From Desulfosediminicola flagellatus (GTDB lineage Bacteria > Desulfobacterota > Desulfobulbia > Desulfobulbales > Desulfocapsaceae): a stretch of 24,000 nucleotides of DNA. Below, one piece after another: positions 1 to 7,766 of the stretch. The DNA lies in the NCBI RefSeq assembly GCF_005116655.2, contig NZ_CP050698.1:3059489-3083488 (forward strand), given 5' to 3'. The first letter of the stretch is position 1. Every line of letters starts with the position of its first letter. The notes under the pieces were generated by a model. It was not told the DNA's origin. It made no database searches and saw nothing but the letters and a program-made list of their open reading frames with translations. Position numbers and translations under genes: made by a program.

Positions 1-3000
1 CTGTCCACACCAGTTATGGTGCTGTTAAATGGCCAGGGGATTTTATCCTTGATCTGGGCAAGGTGGTTAACATCAGCGGCATCGGCATACACAACTACGA
101 CAAGGACTCCCGGTACCAGAGATATACAGTGGCTGCCTCTGTAGATAATAGTACCTTCACTCAGGTTATCGACCGCTCCGGGGGCCAGAACAAAGGCTAT
201 CTTGAAGATGATATCTCGCCGGTAGTGGCCAGGTTCATCAAGATCAGAGCACTGTTTAATTCCGTAGGGCCAAACGTTGTATTGAAAGAGATCAAGGTCT
301 TCCCTCAACCTTTCACCAAAATCAATACGTCTCCACTCATGGCTACTACCCTTACCATACCGAACCTTACCAATGGCGAAAATTATAGCTTTGCTGTAGG
401 GGCGGTAGACAGTTTTGGCAACACAGGAGCATTATCCGATCCAGTCAACGGTGTACCTGATGACGGTATTGCACCTCTACCACCTGTAAATCCCGGCATT
501 TCCGACCCCGGCGATACCTCTCTAAATATCAGCTGGGATGCCAATATTGAGACGGATCTCGCCGGCTACAACATCTATCGTAATGCAGCACTACTCAATA
601 CAGTTCTTGTCACCGGCACCTCTTATAGAGACACAGACACAGTCTACGGTACCGATTACAGCTACGAGATTACTGCTGTCGATAAATCCGGCAAGGAAAG
701 CCCACACAGTAGTTCCGTCTCGGCAACAGTTGGCAAACCGGGAATTCCGACCGGCATAACCTCCTCAAGCGGCAATACACAGGTAACCCTCTCCTGGAAT
801 GCTAATAATGAAGCTGACCTGCAGGGCTATTTCATCTATACAGCGGATGCAGATGCCACAAGCTATGATGTGGCACTGCAATCTGCCGGTGCTTCGGTCA
901 TCTCTAACCTTACCAGCGGCAGCAAAGCTGCACTTATTGATGGAGTTACCACCGTCCACACCAGTTATGGTGCTGTTAAATGGCCAGGGGATTTTATCCT
1001 TGATCTGGGCAAGGTGGTTAACATCAGCGGCATCGGCCTACACAACTACGACAAGGACTCCCGGTACCAGAGATATACAGTGGCTGCCTCTGTAGATAAT
1101 AGCACCTACACCCAGGTTATCGACCGCTCCGGGGGCCAGAACAAAGGCTATCTTGAAGATGATATCTCGCCGGTAGTGGCCAGGTTCATCAAGATCAGAG
1201 CACTGTTTAATTCCGTAGGGCCAAACGTTGTATTGAAAGAGATCAAGGTCTTCCCTCAACCTTTCACCAAAATCAATACGTCTCCACTCATGGCTACTAC
1301 CCTTACCATACCGAACCTTACCAATGGCGAAAATTATAGCTTTGCTGTAGGGGCGGTAGACAGTTTTGGCAACACAGGAGCATTATCCGATCCAGTCAAC
1401 GGTGTACCTGATGACGGTATTGCACCTCTACCACCTGTAAATCCCGGCATTTCCGACCCCGGCGATACCTCTCTAAATATCAGCTGGGATGCCAATATTG
1501 AGACGGATCTCGCCGGCTACAACATCTATCGTAATGCAGCACTACTCAATACAGTTCTTGTCACCGGCACCTCTTATAGAGACACAGACACAGTCTACGG
1601 TACCGATTACAGCTACGAGATTACTGCTGTCGATAAATCCGGCAAGGAAAGCCCACACAGTAGTTCCGTCTCGGCAACAGTTGGCAAACCGGGAATTCCG
1701 ACCGGCATAACCTCCTCAAGCGGCAATACACAGGTAACCCTCTCCTGGAATGCTAATAATGAAGCTGACCTGCAGGGCTATTTCATCTATACAGCGGATG
1801 CAGATGCCACAAGCTATGATGTGGCACTGCAATCTGCCGGTGCTTCGGTCATCTCTAACCTTACCAGCGGCAGCAAAGCTGCACTTATTGATGGAGTTAC
1901 CACCGTCCACACCAGTTATGGTGCTGTTAAATGGCCAGGGGATTTTATCCTTGATCTGGGCAAGGTGGTTAACATCAGCGGCATCGGCCTACACAACTAC
2001 GACAAGGACTCCCGGTACCAGAGATATACAGTGGCTGCCTCTGTAGATAATAGCACCTACACCCAGGTTATCGACCGCTCCGGGGGCCAGAACAAAAGCT
2101 ATCTTGAAGATGATATCTCGCCGGTAGAGGCCAGGTTCATCAAGATCAGAGCACTGTTTAATTCCGTAGGGCCAAACGTTGTATTCAAAGAGATCAAGGT
2201 CTTCTCTCAACCTTTCACCAAAATCAATACGTCTCCACTCACGACTACTACCCTTAACATACCGAACCTTACCAATGGCGAAAATTATAGCTTTGCTGTA
2301 GGGGCGGTGGACAGTTTTGGCAACACAGGAGCATTATCCGATCCAGTCAACGGTGTACCTGATGACGGTATTGCACCTGCACCACCTGTAAATCCCGGCA
2401 TTTCCGACCCCGGCGATACCTCTCTAAATATCAGCTGGAATGCCAATATTGAAACTGATCTCGCCGGCTACAACATCTATCGTAATGCAGCACTACTCAA
2501 TACAGCTCTTGTCACCGGCACCTCTTATAGAGACACCGACACAGTCAACGGTACCGATTACAGCTACGAGATTACTGCTGTCGATAAATCCGGCAAGGAA
2601 AGCCCACACAGTAGTTCCGTCTCGGCAACAGCAGGCAAACCGGGAATTCCGACCGGCGTAACCTCCTCAAGCGGCAATACACAGGTAACCCTCTCCTGGA
2701 ATGCTAATAATGAAGCTGACCTGCAGGGCTATTTCATCTATACAGCGGATGCAGATGCCACAAGCGATGATGTGGCACTGCAATCTGCCGGTGCTTCGGT
2801 CATCTCTAACCTCACCAGCGGCAGCAAAGCTGCACTTATTGATGGAGTTACCACCGTCCACACCAGTTATGGTGCTGTTAAATGGCCAGGGGATTTTATC
2901 CTTGATCTGGGCAAGGTGGTTAACATCAGCGGCATCGGCCTACACAACTACGATAAGGACTCCCGGTACCAGAGATATACAGTGGCTGCCTCTGTAGATA

Positions 3001-3200
3001 ATAGCGCCTACACCCAGGTTATCGACCGCTCCGGGGGCCAGAACAAAGGCTATCTTGAAGATGATATCTCGCCGGTAGAGGCCAGGTTCATCAAGATCAG
3101 AGCACTGTTTAATTCCGTAGGGCCAAACGTTGTATTCAAAGAGATTAAGGTCTTCCCTCAACCTTTCACCAAAATCAATACGTCTCCACTCACGGCAACT
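1..3200 (+). repeat. In-frame tandem repeat with a 951-bp period. Copies lie at 1-951, 952-1902, 1903-2853 and a partial fourth from 2854 to about 3200. The array continues beyond the left edge.
   Basis: Position n matches n+951; for example GTGGTTAACATCAGCGGCATCGGC occurs at 63, 1014, 1965 and 2916. Spurious off-frame ORFs recur at exactly +951 (538/1489/2440, 765/1716/2667, 799/1750/2701, 1038/1989/2940). By hand count, copy 1 vs 2 differ at 5 nt (2, 87, 152, 157, 161) and copy 2 vs 3 at 21 nt. Confidence 0.97.
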
Positions 3201-4661
3201 ACATTCACCGTCTCAGGACTCAGTAACGGCACTGAGTACAGCTTTGCTGTTGGTGCCGTTGACTCTTTTAATAATGTTAGCAAAACATCCGATATTGAGA
3301 GTTCAATTCCAGTTCTAGATACAGATGGAGATAATATTCCTGATGAATGGGAAGTTTCTAACGGACTAGATCCTAACAATCCATTTGACGGATCGTCAGA
3401 CAGTGATGGTGATGGACTATCGAATTTTGAAGAATACCAAAATAATATGGATCCATTATCTACAGATACTGATAGTGATGGCATCATAGATTATCTTGAA
3501 GTTTTTCAAGGAACCAACTTATCCCTGCAAATCGATTCAGATAATGATGGATTAAGTGATAATGATGAAACCATACTCTATAAGACAGATCCTTTTGATT
3601 GGGATTCTGATAACGATATGCTCTCAGATCTACGTGAAATTGTTGAAGGGACTGACCCCAACAGATATTCTCCGATTAATGCTTCACCAGATCCGGTTTT
3701 TGATTATTACACTTGGACACTACCAAAAGAATCCTCACCTGTAAAACTCGGACTACCAGCTAATTCGGATGATTTTGTATTTAATGCTGATGCAGGAATT
3801 ACTGGTTTTGGAGTTCATCTGAGAAGGCAGATAAAAGGTATGGATTATGTCTGGTTCGACCTTAAAGCAAATACGCCAATATTTAGTTGGGCTGATGGAA
3901 TTGTTAATGACATCACTGTTGACGATCAAGGACTCTACACTATAACGATTGATTACGGATCAAATCTAACAGGTTGGCACGCCAGTATTTCTGACACAAA
4001 TCTTTCAATCGGCCAAGCCATTACTCAGGGGATGCCTATCGGCTTTGGCATGAATCGTGAGAAGGGGTCTGAATCATCAGCCTTTGGACTTATTGATGCT
4101 GGAAGAACTGATGGACCTGCAGCGATAGGCGGTGGAGTTCTAGTATCACCTTTTGATTACCTGAGCGATAAAGCCAAAGTAACTCTTATAAACGTTTATA
4201 AGCGACAGGTCATTGACAAATATGATCCTTCAGTTGAAACATCACTTGTCTGGGGATTTTCACCATACCAACCATACTTGACCAACAAACTCATGCTGCA
4301 CAAAGATAAGCATGGAATGCTTTCAGGTGTATGGCAAATAGCCGAAGGCGAATTACCTCACGATCCTCTAAAAGACATACTGACATTTATAGAATCTGAT
4401 GGTTCATTTCTTCTTGGAAATGTCGTATTTGGCATTAATGCCGACAATTCAGATAGCAATCTGAATCATATAGAGGGCCCTTTTGATGCAAATTATTCTG
4501 AAGGTACAGTTACGTTTCCAACTATAGAAGGTGTAACATACACTTTCCCATTCATCATCAATGAGGCTACATCACCTACAACTCTTACGATAAAACTTCA
4601 TGAAACCAACTCAGACGGAGAGCTAATCGAAAAAAGAATCATCTACCATTTGGTAGAATAG
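1..4661 (+). CDS. Giant repetitive secreted/surface protein, 5'-partial. It contains tandem 317-aa units (FN3 plus FN3 with a nested F5/8-type-C/discoidin domain), then thrombospondin type-3-like Ca-binding repeats, then a ~330-aa C-terminal region with a degenerate M23/LytM-like core.
   Basis: The ORF-track entry 63..4661 starts at an internal GTG. Bases 3-62 translate in the same frame to VHTSYGAVKWPGDFILDLGK, identical to the end of every later unit, so the ORF is open to the window edge. FN3 motifs: LNISW, GYNIYR, YSYEITAVDKSGKES. Discoidin motifs: IDG..., WPGDFILDLGK, ISGIGLHNY, ARFIKIRALF, LKEIKVF. TSP3-like motifs: DTDGDNIPD, DSDGDGLSN, DTDSDGIID, DSDNDGLSD, DSDNDMLSD. Stop codon TAG at 4659-4661. 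Confidence 0.85.
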   Translation, partial: VHTSYGAVKWPGDFILDLGKVVNISGIGIHNYDKDSRYQRYTVAASVDNSTFTQVIDRSGGQNKGYLEDDISPVVARFIKIRALFNSVGPNVVLKEIKVFPQPFTKINTSPLMATTLTIPNLTNGENYSFAVGAVDSFGNTGALSDPVNGVPDDGIAPLPPVNPGISDPGDTSLNISWDANIETDLAGYNIYRNAALLNTVLVTGTSYRDTDTVYGTDYSYEITAVDKSGKESPHSSSVSATVGKPGIPTGITSSSGNTQVTLSWNANNEADLQGYFIYTADADATSYDVALQSAGASVISNLTSGSKAALIDGVTTVHTSYGAVKWPGDFILDLGKVVNISGIGLHNYDKDSRYQRYTVAASVDNSTYTQVIDRSGGQNKGYLEDDISPVVARFIKIRALFNSVGPNVVLKEIKVFPQPFTKINTSPLMATTLTIPNLTNGENYSFAVGAVDSFGNTGALSDPVNGVPDDGIAPLPPVNPGISDPGDTSLNISWDANIETDLAGYNIYRNAALLNTVLVTGTSYRDTDTVYGTDYSYEITAVDKSGKESPHSSSVSATVGKPGIPTGITSSSGNTQVTLSWNANNEADLQGYFIYTADADATSYDVALQSAGASVISNLTSGSKAALIDGVTTVHTSYGAVKWPGDFILDLGKVVNISGIGLHNYDKDSRYQRYTVAASVDNSTYTQVIDRSGGQNKSYLEDDISPVEARFIKIRALFNSVGPNVVFKEIKVFSQPFTKINTSPLTTTTLNIPNLTNGENYSFAVGAVDSFGNTGALSDPVNGVPDDGIAPAPPVNPGISDPGDTSLNISWNANIETDLAGYNIYRNAALLNTALVTGTSYRDTDTVNGTDYSYEITAVDKSGKESPHSSSVSATAGKPGIPTGVTSSSGNTQVTLSWNANNEADLQGYFIYTADADATSDDVALQSAGASVISNLTSGSKAALIDGVTTVHTSYGAVKWPGDFILDLGKVVNISGIGLHNYDKDSRYQRYTVAASVDNSAYTQVIDRSGGQNKGYLEDDISPVEARFIKIRALFNSVGPNVVFKEIKVFPQPFTKINTSPLTATTFTVSGLSNGTEYSFAVGAVDSFNNVSKTSDIESSIPVLDTDGDNIPDEWEVSNGLDPNNPFDGSSDSDGDGLSNFEEYQNNMDPLSTDTDSDGIIDYLEVFQGTNLSLQIDSDNDGLSDNDETILYKTDPFDWDSDNDMLSDLREIVEGTDPNRYSPINASPDPVFDYYTWTLPKESSPVKLGLPANSDDFVFNADAGITGFGVHLRRQIKGMDYVWFDLKANTPIFSWADGIVNDITVDDQGLYTITIDYGSNLTGWHASISDTNLSIGQAITQGMPIGFGMNREKGSESSAFGLIDAGRTDGPAAIGGGVLVSPFDYLSDKAKVTLINVYKRQVIDKYDPSVETSLVWGFSPYQPYLTNKLMLHKDKHGMLSGVWQIAEGELPHDPLKDILTFIESDGSFLLGNVVFGINADNSDSNLNHIEGPFDANYSEGTVTFPTIEGVTYTFPFIINEATSPTTLTIKLHETNSDGELIEKRIIYHLVE
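3318..3673 (+). other. Thrombospondin type-3-like calcium-binding Asp-rich repeat region (a domain within the giant ORF)
   Basis: There are at least five D-x-D-x-D-G-hydrophobic-x-D/N-type motifs, interspersed with E-hydrophobic-x-x-G-T/L-D/N-P turns (EWEVSNGLDPNNP, EEYQNNMDPLS, ETILYKTDPFD, EIVEGTDPNRYSP). Confidence 0.7.
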
Positions 4662-4671
4662 AAAAGTAGAA

Positions 4672-4709
4672 TGGGATAAGTTGTGTTTGTTCAAACAGAA
4701 CTTATCCCA
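4672..4709. terminator. Bidirectional intrinsic-terminator-like hairpin between convergent genes
   Basis: Bases 4672-4688 (TGGGATAAGTTGTGTTT) pair with 4693-4709 (AAACAGAACTTATCCCA). That gives 16 of 17 positions paired, with one G/G mismatch at 4683/4698 and loop GTTC. It lies 11 nt after the + strand stop codon and 14 nt after the - strand stop. A T-rich run follows on the - strand reading and only a short TTT on the + strand. Confidence 0.7.
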
Positions 4710-4722
4710 CTTTGCAATGACT

Positions 4723-5988
4723 TCAGAAGAACTTACACTGCCGTAACACATATTGAGAGAAACTTTCATTTTGATGCCTTTTCAGTGATGCAAAAAAAGC
4801 CTTCAATGCGCCAATATTAGCGGTAGTCCTTAGAAATTGTTTTAAATCTGTAAGGTTTTGATTCTGATATTCAACAATCGACGCTAGAGCATCAGAACCA
4901 AGGGATTTAAAGCTCAGTTGAACATTTAACGATGCTGCACCAACCAGATACTCAGGACTGACATCCAGGAAACATTGCGGATCGTCATCAGCAAAATATC
5001 TGTCATTACCCAACTGGATAAGAGCATTATCCGAATTTACATATACTGTTCTGCTACTGTCATCCTGATATTTAAGGGTTACTTTTAGCATTTCTATAAT
5101 TGCAGGGGTATCTATCGGATCAAAACGTAATCTTTGTATATTTTCATAATCATTAAGTTGAAAATCTATTGTTGAGGTTCCTTGCTCAACCTTCCGGCTA
5201 ACGCTTCTTTCATCAGACACCCCTTCACCACAGTCAACATACAGCCTGCTGGTATAATAGTTTTCATTGGCATCAAGTAATGCCTCTATCCATACATCGA
5301 TATTTTCACTGAACAACGTTTTGTGGCGCTCATATATCCTTTTGAGCATAGAGACTTTCTGCCATTTCTCCTTGCTGCGAATCATGGAATCCGAAGCGAC
5401 CCGGTAGTAAAAAAGAATCTCGGGAATCTGATGAACGCCCTTACCCTTTTCAATGAGTGAAAGCCAGAAGTCGTAATCCTCCCAACCGTAGATCATGCCA
5501 GGATCATATCCTCCGACCTCTTCCCAGTCCCTTCTTCGAAAGAGCGCGCTGCAGAAAATGAGGTTGTCTTTTAGCATCCCTCTCAATGAATACTCAGGCA
5601 GCAGCCATTCCGTATCTACTGCGCCGAAAAGCTGTGCCCTGCAGTAGACTATACCTATATCGGGGTTTGAACCAAGAACAGCAACAGCTTTTTCGATATA
5701 CTCTGGGCCAATACAATCATCAGCATCCAGCGGTAGTATGTATTCACCTTCTGCAGCTGAAATACCGTTGTTTCTTGCGGCTGCTAACCCCTGATTCTCT
5801 GTATGAATGACCTTCAGGTCGGGATGAGAAAGACTTCCGAGCATCTGTCTTGTAAAAGCATCACTGGAGCCATCATTTACAACAATTATCTCGATATCAG
5901 AAAACACCTGTTTATATACAGACTCAAGTGTTTCCGAAAGAACCGCCCCATGATTGAAACAGGGAATTATAACACTTACTTTCGCCAT
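4723..5988 (-). CDS. Family 2 glycosyltransferase (N-terminal ~215 aa) fused to a ~200-aa C-terminal region of unknown function
   Basis: VSVIIPCFNHG...IEIIVVNDGSSD and ILPLDADD (DxD) are GT-A/GT2 signatures. I recognise no motif in the C-terminal half (RLYVDCGEGVSDERS...). Confidence 0.85.
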   Translation of the reverse strand: MAKVSVIIPCFNHGAVLSETLESVYKQVFSDIEIIVVNDGSSDAFTRQMLGSLSHPDLKVIHTENQGLAAARNNGISAAEGEYILPLDADDCIGPEYIEKAVAVLGSNPDIGIVYCRAQLFGAVDTEWLLPEYSLRGMLKDNLIFCSALFRRRDWEEVGGYDPGMIYGWEDYDFWLSLIEKGKGVHQIPEILFYYRVASDSMIRSKEKWQKVSMLKRIYERHKTLFSENIDVWIEALLDANENYYTSRLYVDCGEGVSDERSVSRKVEQGTSTIDFQLNDYENIQRLRFDPIDTPAIIEMLKVTLKYQDDSSRTVYVNSDNALIQLGNDRYFADDDPQCFLDVSPEYLVGAASLNVQLSFKSLGSDALASIVEYQNQNLTDLKQFLRTTANIGALKAFFASLKRHQNESFSQYVLRQCKFF

Positions 5989-6510
5989 CTAGTCAGTTCA
6001 CTTAACAAAGATTTATAATTTTGACATACTCGACTTTGCTCATTCCATCTCACTATCCAATTTTCTGACTTCGCACTACCGTCTACTAAACATAATATCC
6101 ACAACACATGTTCACCTTTCCAATATTTGACTGATCATTCTGGATCATTTTCAATATCGTCCATACAGAGAAGTGCGTTGTAATCCAAATTATGCACATA
6201 TTCCAAAACTAGCTCATTAGCTAAAGTTGAAAATTCAAAGCGATTCAGATAGACTGTAGTAGCATATAGAATTTAGTATTTCCTTATATACTGTAGACCG
6301 TTGCCAGTTATTGGACACCGACTACTTACTGTCATTCGAACACATTTAATAATATCTCTTTTTGTGTCGGGCTAAATAATCTATAGCTCTATTACTCCTA
6401 CCATCATGGTAGGGTTCGACACGTTACCTATACCTTTTCGAAGAAGCATATGTTACATAGCGTCTATTAAATGATCAACATACTCAAATTTTTACTGGAG
6501 TACATGAGTA

Positions 6511-7236
6511 ATGGCAATTCAAGCGATTTTTCTCGATATGGATCACACTCTCTGTGACACCGAACGTGCTGATAAATTAGCACTGACAGACTTTCAAGAA
6601 GCCCTAAGATCTGAATTTCAAAGTAATATCGCCATGGAAATAGGCGAGTATTATCTTAATGTAATTTATGGTAAAAATCGACACTTACAAGGTTGGCAAA
6701 AAGGGCCCAAAGATTCTGAAATAGAATACAGAGCCAAACTCCTTGAAAAAACAATAAATGATTTGACAGATATTAAATTAAAATGGAGCGAGTTAATTTT
6801 ATATACAAATTTATTCATGGATCTGAGGATCAAACACTTTTCTTTTTTCCCTAGAGCAGGTGATATGCTCAGGGAACTCAAGCACCGTTACAGGCTTATT
6901 GTAGTTAGCAATGGTCCACTCTTTTCTCAAGAGCCAAAAATTAAAAAGGTGGCAATGATTGAGCATGTCCATGAGATCATTTTAGGAGGAACATTGAAAT
7001 ATGAAAAGCCTCACTCTTCTATTTTTGAACTGGCATGTCAAAAAGCCAAATGTAAGCCTTCTGAAGCAATTCATGTCGGAGATAAACTAGAAACGGATAT
7101 TAAAGGAGCAAATGATTTTGGAATAAAGAGCGTCTGGGTCAACCCTAAAAATACTTTTACAGAGCCTATTCCAACTCCCAACTATACAATTGCTAATATT
7201 TGCGAATTAAAACAGTTACTCGACGACATATTTTAA
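6511..7236 (+). CDS. HAD-superfamily hydrolase (phosphatase-type, subfamily IA-like)
   Basis: Motif I is FLDMDHTL (DxDxT), motif II LIVVSNG, motif III K in KYEKP, and motif IV HVGDKLETD. A GGAG lies 10 nt upstream of the ATG. Confidence 0.85.
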   Translation: MAIQAIFLDMDHTLCDTERADKLALTDFQEALRSEFQSNIAMEIGEYYLNVIYGKNRHLQGWQKGPKDSEIEYRAKLLEKTINDLTDIKLKWSELILYTNLFMDLRIKHFSFFPRAGDMLRELKHRYRLIVVSNGPLFSQEPKIKKVAMIEHVHEIILGGTLKYEKPHSSIFELACQKAKCKPSEAIHVGDKLETDIKGANDFGIKSVWVNPKNTFTEPIPTPNYTIANICELKQLLDDIF

Positions 7237-7365
7237 GAGAAGCTTACCATAAAAACAGAATCAGTAATGAGGAGAGTATAGTTGAAAAATAACATTAAAT
7301 TCAGTAGTAAACCAACTTTATTCCTGTTGAAATAAAGCATCTCTTTCTTCATTAAACTCCCAACC

Positions 7366-7740
7366 TCAAATATCTTTTTCTCCGATTTTTTCCTCCATGG
7401 TATCATCAAGATGCGATAAAGCTTCTCGACGTGTAAGTTCTGAAACATTTTGCTCAATTTTTTCAATTGCCGAAAGTAGTTTAAAAATGAGCATAAAAAC
7501 AAATACAAATCCTATAATAATAACAGCATTAATATTTTCCCTGAAACCTAGAATCTTCGCTAATATTTCCGTTACATTTGGATAAACAGCAATTATAGCC
7601 ATACCACCCCATACAAAAAAACGAACAATAAATTTCAAAAACGTTTGTCCGGTTTCTCTTTTCATATATTTTTTAGTTCCGTGAAACAGCATCACAGATG
7701 AAACACATAATACGACAATCTGATACAGTTGTATTTTCAT
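7366..7740 (-). CDS. Small integral membrane protein, DUF2304-like
   Basis: It is 124 aa with 3-4 hydrophobic helices and a charged amphipathic C-terminal tail (IEKIEQNVSELTRREALSHL). It lies immediately downstream of a ~230-aa GT2, the arrangement I recall as usual for DUF2304. Family assignment is from memory, not a search. Confidence 0.55.
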   Translation of the reverse strand: MKIQLYQIVVLCVSSVMLFHGTKKYMKRETGQTFLKFIVRFFVWGGMAIIAVYPNVTEILAKILGFRENINAVIIIGFVFVFMLIFKLLSAIEKIEQNVSELTRREALSHLDDTMEEKIGEKDI

Positions 7741-7766
7741 TTAATATTGACCCATATACTATATTG

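Noticed and set aside
538-3161. Twelve short ORFs (73, 64, 98 and 73 aa) recurring three times each inside the repeat region on both strands
   Set aside because: They are off-frame or antisense shadows of the 1532-aa ORF. They recur only because the underlying DNA is a 951-bp tandem repeat, their sequences are low-complexity with no motifs, and the main frame has strong domain signatures.
3130-3744. ORFs 3130..3318(+), 3158..3487(-) and 3556..3744(+) within the TSP3-like region
   Set aside because: They lie entirely inside the giant ORF in other frames. The Asp-codon-rich repeats give long open antisense frames by chance.
6072-6083. An ops/JUMPstart-like motif on the - strand (GACGGTAGTGCG against the consensus GGCGGTAGCGTG), about 85-95 nt upstream of the GT2 start at 5988
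   Set aside because: Only 9/12 positions match. The ops/RfaH system is defined in enterobacteria, and I cannot show that this organism has RfaH or that the motif is conserved.
6397-6425. A tRNA-like string GGTAGGGTTCGACACG following a hairpin
   Set aside because: GGTTCGA resembles a T-loop, but the flanking bases do not form a T-stem. No acceptor, D or anticodon arms can be drawn, so it is not a tRNA or a convincing tRNA fragment.
7316-7337. A possible terminator hairpin CTTTATT/AATAAAG between the convergent HAD and DUF2304-like genes
   Set aside because: It is a 7-bp all-A/T-rich stem with an 8-nt loop, too weak to call a terminator with any confidence.
7233-7508. A 91-aa ORF on the - strand overlapping the DUF2304-like gene, and ORF 7397..7585(+)
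   Set aside because: They overlap a better-supported membrane-protein ORF in other frames and encode AT-rich low-complexity translations.
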